NCBI RefSeq assembly: GCF_036321535.1
Contig: NC_087436.1
Coordinates: forward strand, 64,234,001-64,298,000
Source: Camelus dromedarius
Taxonomy: Eukaryota
Reading direction: 5' to 3'
Length of the DNA: 64,000 nucleotides
The notes below the pieces were generated by a model. The model was not told the origin of the DNA. It saw nothing but the letters and a program-made list of their open reading frames with translations, and did no database searches. The position numbers and the translations under genes are program-made. How positions within the stretch are numbered: position 1 is the stretch's first letter; every line of letters starts with the position of its first letter. Shown here one piece after another: positions 1 to 13,409 of the stretch.

Positions 1-1724
1 CATCAGTCTCCTGTCTGGTCTTCTACTTTTTTATTCCCCGACAGTCCATTTTCCAGAAAATGGCCAGTGAAATCATCCCAAAAGATAAACCAAATCTCAT
101 CACTTCTCTGTTGAAAACTTTCAGGTTAGACATGGTTATTTGATTATTTTAGGAGGTCTGAGTTAAAGTCATCAATGGGAAAATCTTAATTGTGTCAGTT
201 TCTCTCTTAGAGTTAGTATTCCTACTGGACCTTTATTAGTAACACTTTTACTATAGTTACCGTTATAAAATGTTAAAGATCTCAAGGTAATCATTTTAAT
301 ATTAGACTATGGCAAATATCTCTAGGAATATTTCAGAATACAAATTAAAATCCTTTGGAACACTGGACTATTTAGTATTTATTTCCATGTTTACATAACC
401 ATTTATTGCCTATATATTACAGATTTCCCTTTGCAGGTTTTTCTTATGTCTAAACTATAGTCTTATTCATATGTGATAGTAGTTGGTATATTGTAAAATG
501 TTGAGTCTATTCCTAGGCCATTTATTTCTGAGGAGGTTATAAAATATTGTTTATACAAAATATAAGAAATATCTTTGCTAGATCAAAATTCAATCTGAGG
601 CAAAATTAGAGGGGAGAAAAGCTCAAGAATTATTTGAAAAGATTCTTATTTACATTTGTGGCATGCTCACATAAAAAAAATGCACTTCGTGTCAGCTCAC
701 AAAAGGATATGGAGCGATTCCGGCTTCATAGTATCCATTCTTTTCTGCTAGTGCCTCTGTTTTCATAAGGACAAGGAGATTGAGTGGTGTTTGTGTATGT
801 GTAGTGTGGGGGTTCATTCTTGTGCATCTACTCTTTTGATAATAAATATATAAAACTATATTTTGAGATTTTTTCACATATATTGATGAATATACATACT
901 GTTTTAATTATTGGCTGTGGTGGTAAGTCAGTTAAGGAAGAGAGAGTGTAATTATTTTTAGGAGACATATAGTAGAATATGATCTATCAGATTGAGACAA
1001 ATTTAGAGAATGCATCTAATTTTATGAACATTTGTATCCTTTCTAGTTCTAGTGTGTTTTCTTGTCCCTACTCATCACCTTGCTTTACTTCTCTCTCTAC
1101 TCAGTGATTTTTATCCTATTTTCTTAAAATACAAAACCAAAAAAGGAACATCTCAGTTGTATATAATCTAGCATATTTAAAAATATGTATTAAAAAGTTA
1201 AAAGTAGTTCCTACTGTATAATGCATATACATAAATATGAACCTTGCATAATAGACACTTTTTACAAATTTGGAATTTACTCTAAACATTTAATTAGTAT
1301 GTAAATACTTGCAGACTTGATACACCCTAAACAACTTCATAAGTATGAAAGGACAAAAAGAATTCATTTCCTTTGCATTGTAATTAAGAGTAACGGATGA
1401 TGGGTACTGAATAAAGTTTGATTCCAAATGTGAGCAGTTTTTGTATAATAATACTTTTTTTCAGTACTAATTAGTACATTGTCTTTGGCATCTATTTATC
1501 GTTTGTTTAAAATTTACTTTTTGTTTTTTGGAAAAATTAAAGATGACAACTCTGATTCATTTCTTTACTTCTTTCTTAATTTTAAAGTGTTTCCACATTT
1601 TGATTTTATTTGTGGAATAAACATTTATTGATATGTAATTTGATTAGCACTTCACCCTAAAAAGACCATGATTAATAGACCACTTATTATGTGGATAATC
1701 CTGATTCTTATGTGCCTATTCCTT

Positions 1725-2060
1725 GATCCATCCATGAACAGTCACTGAGTGTCACTCTGTTTTCTGTCTTAGTACTTAGTACTGGCTGGACAGTTTCTAC
1801 TCTTAAGGAGCTCAGAGTTCAATTATGTCATAGTTGATTTGGGAAGATCAACTTTTAAATAGAAAGTTACAGGAAAATGTAGAAAGTTTCTTAAGAGATG
1901 TATATGCAAGGGGCATTGCTGAAATTTAGGACAGCAATGAAATTTGCCAAAGTTCACAAAGGAAAGAAGCAAGACCTAGGAGTTTATAGCACTGGCAGCT
2001 GTTCTTTCCAGGCAGAGAGAATATGTTAAAAGGCCCAGCGGTGTAAAACAGTGTGGAGGT
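1725..2060 (-). mobile_element. L2 fragment
   Basis: atccatccatgaacagtcactgagtgtcactctgt..ctactcttaaggagctcagagttc..ttccaggcagagaga. Confidence 0.6.
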
Positions 2061-5000
2061 ACCCAAAGTTAAGGTACAGCAGTAGAGCAGGCTCCCTGTA
2101 ACTGTTGAGGGCAGTTTTTGGAAACTCTATTGGTAAGGTTTATAGATGAGAAAATGAAAACCTCATAGGAAATGCAGGGTGGGTACAAAGCCATTGTTCA
2201 TATGTAAGAGTGTTTGAATAATGCTTTTGATTGGTCGGCATAAAGGTAATAGAGAAAATTTGGAATTGCCTAAAATTTCCAGGAACATTGAACTTGATAG
2301 ATCTCTAGCACTTGCCAACTTCGTTTCTTGTTAATACACACATATCTAAAGATCACAAGTAATACTGCCTAAATAATGCTGGTAGACATCTAAAAGCAGG
2401 GAAATGGGAGATGAATACACAAAATGCTGTTACATGTGAACGTAGAAAAATCACGTTTGAAGTGAAGGGCATAATGACCATAAAACATACGCAACATATA
2501 ATGAATACTTCAAAAAATCTTTAGGATTTGTGTTAAAAATGTGAAGACATCCCCCCAAAATATTGTGGTTTTGTTTTTTGTTTTGTGATTGCGAAGTTTA
2601 TTCAACAGGAGTCTTTAATGTATCATAATATTACTGGCAGTAAGGCAGATACTTTGCATTGTTTTCCTGGCAGTGATAATAACCTTGACAGCTCCCTTTT
2701 TTCATACTTTTAGCCTCCTCGTCAGTCACGAAGTCTTGTCTGTGGGATCTGTAACAGTCTTAGATAGGTGCTTTCTTATTGCCACTGCTATTTCTGTTTA
2801 CATTAAAGCTGTCACCTTCTAATTGTTTAAATTTCCTCTCTTCTTCCCTTTCAAACTGCATATTGGTCTCAGAATCGTCTTTGTAGAATACACTGTTACT
2901 GTATCATTCTCCTCAGAGATAACTGAATGACCTGATGTATCTAGATAAAACTTGATGAACAAGGTTCTCCTCAAGAAAACCTCCCTTTCAGTACAAGCGC
3001 CCCCTTCTATGTAGGCTCACCTCAGACAGATTTCCTCCATACTCAGTTCCTGTTCTTCTTCCAGCTTAGAATTTCTTGGTCCTTCTCCCTCCATTTCCAG
3101 TACTTGCTGTCACGTCAGAATTAAGATCAAATCCTATTCTCCTCCACTGGACGCCAGTGACACTTCTCTCTGAATTCTTTTGGAATGCTTCCACACTTGG
3201 AAATAACCCAGACTAATGGTTAACACCATTAACAGCTTTCCGTGTTGACTCCTCAGGCTTCCGTACCTTGTTTTCCCTAGGTCCCGGAAAACTCCACCCG
3301 GGCTGATTACACCTTTTGTACTTCTTGGAATTCCTTAGTCCTCAGCGTTGTGTTACTCAGATTACAGTCTTTCAGCATGTTTTGATGGAGTGATATAGCA
3401 GATGTGCCCTCAGTGAGGTGATGAATATGAGTATGACAGAGTGGAAAGGAGAGATGAATATTCCAATACCCTGCTTAGGAATTGCATGCTAAAATGCATA
3501 CGGAAACATAAAACTGTCTGTATGTTTCTGAGTCACTCTGTCACTCTCTTTCACATTAACCTATTTCATTTCCTTCCTAGCACTAAGTATTTTCAGAAGT
3601 GAAGTGATTTATTTACTAATTTGGTTGCATTTTTGTCTCATTGATACATAGGCTAAGCTCCATCGGTAAAAGCCCAGCATCAGCATAGCACCTGGAACTT
3701 AGTTAATATTTGCTGAAATAATTAATTACCTTAGCAGAAACACACAATGTTCATACCCCAAATGGGGTCTACAGATAATAGGATAACTGGGTATTAAACT
3801 GAAGGAAAGAGAAACCCAGGAGAAAGATACTGATGTAAAAAATTGTACTGGACACCAAATTCAAGGTACTTGTGAAAACATGAGGATGTAGTGTTCTCTT
3901 CATTTAAAACCTCCAGCTTTGGGCTGAATTTGATAAGGAAGATTCTCTGTAAATCTATCTGAGATGTATTAACTCTGAAGTGACTATACTCAGAAATTAT
4001 TGGAGGAGTCAAACACGCTAGGAGGTTGAAAGGCAGAATTTGATAAGAGCAACTTTTCCTTAGCTTACACTCCTGTCAAGATTTGGTCCCAAGTAATGCT
4101 GAGAGTGACCCACTTATAAATGAGTGATGATGTTTTTCTTCTGAAAGAAATGTAATAAATATCTTATTGGCTGAATTTTTATTTTGAATAGGTTTCTTTT
4201 TTTGATCTTAAAAAGATGATCCTTAGAAGTACACATTTCAGAAAAAACATACTGCTTTTTTTTCTACACTCATTCTATACCTCCATCTGCCTTTTTTCCA
4301 TTTGAATACCTTTTTTACACCTGTACATATACATGCATATACACACAAATAGATTTAATATGTATTCATGTCATATGCAGTAAAATTATTGCAATCAGCA
4401 ATTCCATCAATGATGTATCTGTGCTGTATTTCTTATAAAGCCTGTGGTTCTTGCATTTAGAATTTTTGTTCACACTTCATTTGGAAACTGACAAAGTTTA
4501 GAAGAAGGGCTTAGTAATCGGGCTGCTCAAGTCATATAACAGGTGATTCAAATTCTATTTATAAAACACCATCTGTTGTCTCAAGGGTCTCCTCCAATGT
4601 ATCAGCCATGTCAGTAGATTTCTTATAGTTTGTGAAAAGTAGCTTTTCTTAAGAGAGCATGATGAGGATGATTTCATAAGAAGCTAACATCTGCGGATGG
4701 TTTCTACTGAGTCACTATTGGAAAATTTGAGATTGAAATTCATATAATGTATCAGAATATGTTGTTGACCCACAACGTTCCACTCATTTTTCCTACCATG
4801 ATATATATTGTGCTGTTAGCCTGATTCTCACGGCTCCTTGCCTTTTCTCTTTCTTCCCCTAACAGTCATAGAGATGGCGATGCTGATGATAACAGCAGCA
4901 GGAGCAACAATAAAAAGAAAGATGAAATTAGTTAACTTACTCAAGTCCTGATATGTGGTAAATCATGTGCTATTCAATGTAAACATTATGCCAGTTGATC

Positions 5001-5099
5001 CTCATGATGGTCTGAGACTTAGGTTAAATTATTGGTTCAACATTGTGCAAGTAACAAATGACAGAACCGATGTCTGAATTCAGGTCTCTTTGAGAACTT

Positions 5100-6042
5100 G
5101 TTGAGTGCCTCTCTAAGTTTTATTTTTTCCTGCTATTCCTCTTCTTTTTGTACTTTATCTTTCTTACGAAGCTGATTCATTCTTGCTCTGTCAGTTTTCA
5201 CCTCATTGTAGATAATTCTTAAATTGTTATCTATAACCCCATCCCTCTCTTTCTTCTGACTTCTAATCTATATCTCCAAATGCCTAATCAGTACCTCTAC
5301 CTGAAAATACTCTGGAGATATTACCATCTTTCTGGCAATACTTACCCCATATTCTTCTTGTTTAAATCATTATTTTTTTAAAAACCCAGACTCAGAACAT
5401 TCTGTCTCTGTTCTCTCTTTCAGTTGCTATCTACAAACAGGCAACACGTTTGTTGAGGTTTATCCTGTTCCCTTCTTTCCATCATTGTCCTATAGCTACA
5501 GTATCCCTGAGATACACAGCATTCTTTTAAATATTGTTGCTATTCAACATGTTCTAAAGCCTGCAAATAGCCATACAAATTACCCCTACATGTCGAATAA
5601 TGCTGAATAACCTTTATGAAATAACTGTAAAGATTCTCTTTATTCTTTGAACAGTCTTCATTGCCTGCACATTTTCAAAAATAATTAGAGAGGGCACACT
5701 TGCCATATTTCTATCTTGATATTCACAGTCCTCCATAATTGCATGCCAACAAATACTGGTTACATCCAGAAATCTCTTCCACAAATCTTAAATGTCAGTC
5801 AAGCTAGGCACCTTTTCATTACTTATCAATGTGTCCAAGTCCTGGTTCCTGCCTCTTTTATCTCCCTGGAATATTCTGTTCTCCTCACGCCCTTATTAAC
5901 TGCCTTCCTGAATTCTATCCTTCATTCTGATTAGATAACTTATCCAGTGGGAAGTAATCTCTTCCATGAACAAATTGACCATGCCTGGTTGAGCTTTATT
6001 TTTTCTGTTGTAGATGTTCAGTGAATGTTTATTGAATTGAAT
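5100..6042 (+). mobile_element. L2 fragment(s) with 3' end
   Basis: Pyrimidine-rich body (atatctccaaatgcctaatcagtacctctacctga) ending gttcagtgaatgtttattgaattgaata. Confidence 0.6.
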
Positions 6043-6319
6043 AAGCTTTGTCCAAATTCTAAGGTTGGCTGTTACAATATAGACAATTTTATAACTCTCA
6101 GTTCACATGATGTATTGTTGCTGGAATCATAATTGATTTCTGATTTTGGGCATATTGCTTGACTATGCTTTCATTCTTGACTAGATAATATGGTTCAAGA
6201 TGATGTTCATAATACTCTTGTTTAGAAATTGAGAATATTTTTGAATTATGAATTATGAATTTTTTCTTTTTAAAGTATTACTTGACTCTGTAAAACGTAT
6301 TAAGTCAATTATTTTGAAT

Positions 6320-7030
6320 GGGGAAGATATTTAGAGCACCTAGTAGGTGCACTGTACTGGGTGTCTGGGAGATGAAAAAGACCTCGTGTCTGTGCTTAAA
6401 ACAGAACGCTCAATATTAACAAAAATACTTTTATGATTACTATAATGCTAGTTCAAATAAAGTATTTGAGAACTGGAGTTGGTTATTTTACAGAAAGAGT
6501 TATAGCTGAGTATAGGAAAGATACTACAAGGGGAAAGTGTTGGACAATTTTTGAGAAATGACTATTGTGTTGTGCTCGGCGAAGAGTAAGCAGAGCTGAT
6601 GAGGCTACAGTATCAGATCCATGGGAGACAATGACAAGAGGTTAGGCTTAAAAGTAAGCTGGAATAGGTGAAGGAGAGCCATTGGAGCCGTTGGATCCTT
6701 TTAAGTGGGGAGATGGCACAGTCGTATTTACGGCACTGTATCTGCTGGATTGGAGGGAAAAGAGCTGGTCAGAGAGATCATTTAGGAACCACTTCCAGCA
6801 ATCTAGGAGAGAATATCATGCTTGCACTGCGGAAGGGAATAAGAATGGAGGGAGGTAAGTGTGAGAAGTGAAAGAAAATAGTACTCCACTGAGTGTGTGT
6901 TTAAAGGAGAGGGTTACTTAGATGTTTATCTTCAACACTGAGTGAGTGATAAAACTACCAATTTAATATAGAAAGCAGGAGAGTTTAGGAGAGGGAGCAA
7001 GCATAATGAATTTGTTTCAAGCTTATTAAA
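6320..7030 (-). mobile_element. L2 fragment
   Basis: atttagagcacctagtaggtgcactgtactgggtg..ggagagccattggag..ttttaagtggggagatggcaca..atctgctggattggaggg. Confidence 0.65.
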
Positions 7031-10000
7031 TGCTTAATTTAAATTCCTTGAAGTCAAAACATGATTATGCATCTTAGTAATTCATATTTTAAAAAAACAC
7101 AACATAAACATATATTTTTATTATAGTTCTCCATTCTCAAGCATGGAAGTTTTTTGTTTTTGTTTTTGTTTTTTTTTAATAGCCAGAAAGAGAAAGGAGG
7201 AAATGTAAAACATTCTTATTCAAGGCACTCACTGCTATGGGACATTGTTCATTTCAAATTCATTTTTGTCCTAAATTATGTTTAATATGATATATCTTGG
7301 AAACATAATATGGACTGTATAGCATTTTAAACAGAAGTTAAAAGACTCAGATACAAAATCGTTTTGTTCTAAATCCAGTGCACTTTTTCTGACCCTTTTT
7401 GTGCCAAACTGAGCCTGTTTTTTTTCTCAATGAAGTCATATAGTTTCCTCAACTAAAGGCCACTTAGTTTTTGTTTTATGCAGCACAGTCTGTTTACCAG
7501 CAAATGAAGTAATTTTCCAGTTCCCATTGGAGCATACACAACTACATTCTTTACAAATGCTCTTTATTTTTAAATGTTAAGTGAGGATTTACAGGAACTC
7601 GTGCTCTAAAGAATATTTCAGTACTTGATATTTAATCTTAAAATTTAAGTCTTATTTTTTCTTTTAAAGCAATTGGAGCCATTTCATTTTATGATTAACA
7701 AGGTTATTTATTCTATTACTGTTCAATTTTTTATGGTTATTATCTTATCTAAGAAAGCCTTTTAAATAATAAGTTTAGCATATAAACCTGCCAGCATTTA
7801 ATTTTGTTTTTTTTCAATATTTCTTTTAATTTAAAGATATTACTGATCATATGCTATGAACACTTCATGTGATCATGGTTTTCCTTTACTTCAGACCAGT
7901 TATGTGTGAGCAAGATAAAAGTTTATTAATGTATTTTGGCCCTCTATACTCTGTATTTCTCATTGAAAAACCACCTTTCAATTTTTCAAAGGAAAAACAG
8001 AATGGGGATAAGCCATCACTAACTTCCAATATCAAAACCTTTCATTGTTTGTCAGTGAGAGTGATGATGGCTACAAGGACAAATTTCAGTATAAATTATG
8101 TGAGATTTATATGAAAAACTTAATAATTCACCAACACTAGGATTAGATGGTTTCATTCTCGGTGGGTGTCATTTTAAGTACATCGCAAATGTATTTGATT
8201 CTGATGCCTGAATCAGTGTGTGCTCTTAGATGAAAAACAATGGTGGGAATTTATTTTATATTATGCAGTATAGGCAAAGGGACTCTATTTGCTGGAATAA
8301 AAAGGCACCCCTTATTTACATTATCAGATCAGTTCTATGCATTTAATAATCATAACATTTAAGGACAGAATGACATTCCGTTCATGAAGGCATATTTGCA
8401 TTACTCCTCGCTCGGTGTATTTGTTAGTTTAATGTGATTATTTCTTTCAGATGAGCAGCTTTTAGGAATATTGGAGCTCTGTCTGGGATCAGAGGCCTTT
8501 GATGCTGTTTTCCCAGCTTATCAGTTCTGGAGTTCTTAGGCTGTCTCCTTCCCAAACTCATGGATTGGCCTATGGACGCCCCCAGCCCCAACCTCCGGCA
8601 CCTCCCGCCCCTGGCACCTCCCGCCCCTAGCAGCAGGCATCAGGTTTGATGAGTGGTTTTTGTCTTGCTATCTGGACCCAGCCTCTAATTTGAACTCCCT
8701 TTGCCTCAACCTGCTTTTTATTCCTTTACTTCAGTTTGTGTGTGACTAGATTTCTGTCTATCTCTTCTCTAATCTTCTAATAAATTCCAGGGATCTTGGT
8801 TCTGGGCGCTAGATCTCACTTTGTGGTGATCCTTGTGTCCTGCATATCATTTACTTTTGTAGTTTCATCTTTCATTATAGACATCTCTTTGGGTCACTAT
8901 TTCTCAATTCACTCAAGTTGCACTTTGTTTTTATAATCTATTACTGGCTTTCAACCAACCCAGTGTGGCCTGTGATGTCACAGGCCACACCATGGTTGTA
9001 AGCTATTCATGGAACAGATTTCATAGTTTTTTTTTTTTTTCCCCTCAGTCATCCCTGGATTTTTAGAACAAACATTTTAGACTAGGTTTCTTAATCCTAC
9101 CTACGAGATAAGATCAGCAGCTGACAGATTATTAAAATGTGCTACATCTGTGTGGGATTTCGTTTCATGTTTGCAGGTTCTGCATCTTGGAAGAAAATCC
9201 AGGCTCTAACCCAGGTTCAATGCTGGTAACACTCCCCGTAGGGAAAGATGTATTTTGCATGTCCTGCTTTTAGGGAAGTTGGAGAAAATACAGATGAGCA
9301 TACCAAAAGTCAGAGCAGGTTTCTAGAAAGGCAAGGGCAATCTCATTTTTGTTAAATTCCCAGAATTTCCCTCAGTGGCATGCACAGTGTGCTGATAAAA
9401 TCTTCCCCTGCTTCATTCTCAGTTGTTGGCAGCCAGGTGTGTATTTATTTAACTGCTTGTAGGCTTAGCCTAGAACAACAACAAAAAAATGTATTTGCTA
9501 GCAAATTGTTTGCTGCTACAAAGCTGAAAATATAACTATTAAGAGGAAGTGGTCATAGGGACAATATGAGAGATGAAAGACTTGGAGAAATAATTTTAAG
9601 CAACCTAGCTGTTAAGGATGAGCTTGTCTTGGGGAATTTGGAGTATGTGATTTTACTTGTCTGTGCATCAGTTTCTGCCCTTATTTGTGAATAACAAAAG
9701 TATTTCACAGATTATTGTGAGGTTTAAATGACAAAATGTATGTAAAGTGCTTAGAATACTTATCAGCATATGCATTATTTGATCAGTTAACACCTAATAT
9801 CCTGAGGACTTTAAATAGTTAATTTGAAATATAATTCAAACATATATCACTAGCAGCTTTAAAGGGCAAGAATGACCATGGAGGTTATGTGTAGGGAAGT
9901 TGAAATTGGCAATAACATCTTTCTTTGTTCGACTGCCAAGGGTAGTTGGGATTCAGGGTTAACTGATCAATTCACTGAACATGCACTGATCATATAATTA

Positions 10001-10308
10001 ATTGAAGTGTTCACATAGTCACTTAGTTTTTTCATTATAACTAGATTCTTAGCTCATCTTGATAAGTATTTAGTAAGACCCCTTAATGAATTATTTTTAG
10101 AATTTGGAGGGATACTGTTTGCATGTGTCAGACCAGAGAATAATGTACATGTAGGGAAAAATAATGTATTGTTTTTCCAGTCTTTTGTAGTCTTTGACCA
10201 TGGGTGTTTATAATCTGTAAAGTGTATAGTTTCCTAAGAATAATAGTGTATGAACTGATAAGCTGCCTTTACTTTACTTAAAATGAAACAAAGAAGAAAG
10301 TATTTGAA

Positions 10309-10463
10309 GGAGGAGGGTATAGCTCAAGTGGTAGAGTGCATGGCTAGCATGCACAAGGTCCTGGGTTCTGTCTCCAGTATCTCCTCTAAAACTAAATAAA
10401 TAAATGAACCTAATTACCACCCCCCCAATAAGTAAAAAATTTAAAAAAGGAAAGTAGTTTTTA
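10309..10463 (+). mobile_element. tRNA-Ala-derived SINE of camelid vic-1 type
   Basis: Head GGAGGAGGGTATAGCTCAAGTGGTAGAGTGCATGGCTAGCATGCACAAGGTCCTGGGTTC with A box and degenerate B box, then an A-rich tail. Flanked by TSD aaagtatttgaa (10297-10308) / aaagcatttgaa (10464-10475), 11/12 identical. Confidence 0.88.
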
Positions 10464-11509
10464 AAAGCATTTGAACAAGCCTATAGAATAAATATTATTT
10501 TATTTTTTTCTGTTTCTCTCTGGTGATGTTCCATTAAATTTTTCTCATAGCAGTATAATTTCAAAGCCTATAAGCAAAATATTTAATCACATGATATTTT
10601 CGGACAACTTTTTCTTGTGCATTGCTTTCTAGGATTTACTGGTTGTCATGTATGATGTACAGTTTGTTTACTATACAAGTAAAGAAGCCAAAGAAAGCCT
10701 GAAAGCCAGACTCTGCTTTGCTTCTCAAGGCATATTCTCTAGAATGGGGTTGAGAGTGCAGAGATGGGATACCTTTTTTGAATAAATTTGCACAGAATTA
10801 CCTTATGGGCTAAAAGCAGCCCCGAATATTTGGGTTTGACATTCATTTAATGTACAGTAAACATTAGATAATATAATTGACTCTGTCACAGTTCAGTTAT
10901 ATTTACTTTGCTGTTATTCCCCTTTTTTATGAAGCTAGAGAGCCACTGGGGAGTTTCACAGCTTACATTACTAGGTATATCATTTTTTATTCCTTATGTT
11001 AAATTCTTTGTGTCTTTATGTATAAATATGTTTCTTCTTTTAAACAAGATCTGTTTTTCTTATTACATAGCACAATTATAAGTGACAATGTATAGTTTAG
11101 TCTTATGTTTTATCCAACCTATCAATCTCTACCTATTTCATTGATATATTGTGTCTAATTATATTTAATATAATCATTTATGTATTTTGGTTTAAGACTA
11201 TTATGTTCATGATTCACTTCTATTTGCCCCTTCTGCTTTTTGTTCTCTCAGCTCACTTTAAATGCAATTCTTTATTTTTGAAGTCTGTGTTTAATATCTG
11301 TTTAAAAATAAAGATAAAAGAGTTTTCTTTATACATAGCTTTTTTTATGTAAGCAAAATAAGTTTGTAATTTTGCTATGAAAATTTCCAAACATTACAGC
11401 CTTAAACATTTCAAACATCTATGAATAATCCTAATAAGAAATATTTGAGAACCATTTAATGAGCACTTATTGTTTACTGTTTCCTTCTTAATTATTATCT
11501 AACTTAATA

Positions 11510-11990
11510 GTTTAAATATTTTTAAAACAGTAAATTTGATACAAGAATAGTCAGTAAACCATTAGAATAGAATATAGATAGTCCAGAAACTGACTCTGAT
11601 GTATATATAGGACCTGATTATAATAGAAGACCCAAACATACAAAAAAGAGGTTGAACTTTTTAAGAAGTGTTCCTCTGATATTTTGTTAGACATTTCTAT
11701 AAAAGTGCATTTCCTCTCTTTCATACCATATCACTAATAACTTATAGATGGTTTAAAGACGTAAGTATTGAACATATAACATTTTAATGAAAAAAAGGCA
11801 AAGCAAAACTTATTCTGAATGGTGGAGATTTTATAGGCTTATAGGTAACGAAAAATATCACCAAGGCTGTACAACCACTGTGTTGAATATCGGTAGGTTC
11901 AACAATTTCCATATTGGTAGATAGACCAGCTCAGATATCACCAAGGTAAATAGAAAGGTTTACTTATATAATATATTTTTTAAGATCTCA
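11510..11990 (+). mobile_element. Ancient L1M ORF2 fragment
   Basis: accattagaatagaata..agtccagaaact, tcataccatatcactaataacttatagatggtttaaagac resemble L1 ORF2. Confidence 0.6.
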
Positions 11991-12449
11991 GAGCAGTCTG
12001 GATACATGGCAGAGAGATTGGCAATATTTTCTAGTATAAATGGGCATGCAAACTTTGAGCTCAAGTTTCTCACCAAAGGATACAGAGATGCAGAAAATAA
12101 CACTTGATTGAGTGAGGATTACATTATGCCTTCTGGAAACCCACATGTGATCCTCAGACTCTATGTATGTGTACAAATGTCTATTTGTTCAGAGTAGTCC
12201 AATATATATCCTAATCTGGATGTATCCTGGATACCACTTCAACTGGCAAGCAGCCCTCTTTAATCATTTCTGATCTGAGTAGAATAGAACAGGGGTCAGT
12301 TTCCCAGAAGTCACAGGAAGACATGGTAACAAGCAGACCAGCTGAAGAGTTTCTGCTATAGTAGACTAAGGTTAATACATACTGAACTCTGATTTTGCAT
12401 GAGTCTATTTTCAAATCCCTTGCTTTCAACCTACACAAAAGAAATCACT

Positions 12450-12869
12450 AGTTGGTTATGGATATTTTATATACTGTTCAGATTCCCCCTCACCCTTTGA
12501 ACTGATCTCCCTATTTGCCTGGAGTACGGCTGCTTTGGGCTGACAGCTGAATCTCTCTTGTAAGAATTTCCCTCAGGCAAGGAGTTCCCTTGCTCAGGGT
12601 TATGTCTCTGTCCAAAGAAAGTCTTCCTCCAATAAGTGAATGATACTAGGGTACCCATCCCCTCTCCATTGCCTTCTACGACTACCTCCAAGGGCCATTT
12701 TGCCTTGCAGTCTCCTTATTAAAAGGGTGAGGCCTCTGTACTTTGTAACACAGTTCACAGGTCTGCTCAGCTTTGCTTTCTTCACTCCTCCTGGGTATTG
12801 TTTCCAGTAATCCTCCTGCAAAAGTATCTTGGACTTAGGATTTGTTCTCAGGGAATTTGACCTAGAATA
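12450..12869 (+). mobile_element. ERVL LTR relic (LTR16-like)
   Basis: GC-richer block with gctgacagctg..ttccctcag..cttgctcaggg and terminus ttaggatttgttctcagggaatttgacctagaata resembling the LTR16 end. Confidence 0.5.
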
Positions 12870-13409
12870 CTAGTCATATTCATGATATCCCAAATCTTAC
12901 AGATGTTATCTCAGTTTTTATTGATTCCTGGAACAGGAAGACAAGCTGTTGTTCTTAGTTGAACTTGTGGTGATAATGTTTGAGAATCTTTTAAGTGTAT
13001 TTGCTTGGTGTTTGAAATTATATTAGCATCTTTTGAATCATTCACAGGGCTTTCAGGCACAAAACGTGTAAGTCTAATTCTGTATTATCCTCATTCTTAC
13101 TAAAATTTTAGGCATAACTATAATGACTATGATATGTCCACATTCCATTTTGAGATTTGGAGAGTTTGTGATGTGAAATCTCATGATATACTTTCATTAG
13201 ATAATGGGGAGCAAGTAAGACAACTCTTATTTCACAAAATGCCTGAAACAAAACGCCAGCATGTAATAAAGTAACTTGGCAATTATTATTTACCTGATTT
13301 TTAAAGTTCTGTTGTGTAGACTGCTTAGAAGACATTCATCAGAAACTTAATATTGATTTTTCAGTAACTCAAACATGGAGACATGCATAGATTACATTTT
13401 TAGGATTCA

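Noticed and set aside
1464..1477. 14-bp perfect palindrome GTACTAATTAGTAC (also ATTTGCTAGCAAAT near 9493)
   Set aside because: 7-bp arms are expected several times by chance in 64 kb of AT-rich DNA.
3800..4080. CR1/L3 fragment (similar hint at 18230-18470)
   Set aside because: Resemblance too weak to support without an HMM search.
8440..8460. Acceptor followed by ATG (tttctttcag|ATG)
   Set aside because: No matching donor or meaningful ORF; typical intronic pseudo-site.
10309..10385. tRNA-Ala gene
   Set aside because: Degenerate T-arm/B box, A-rich tail and TSDs show it is a SINE.
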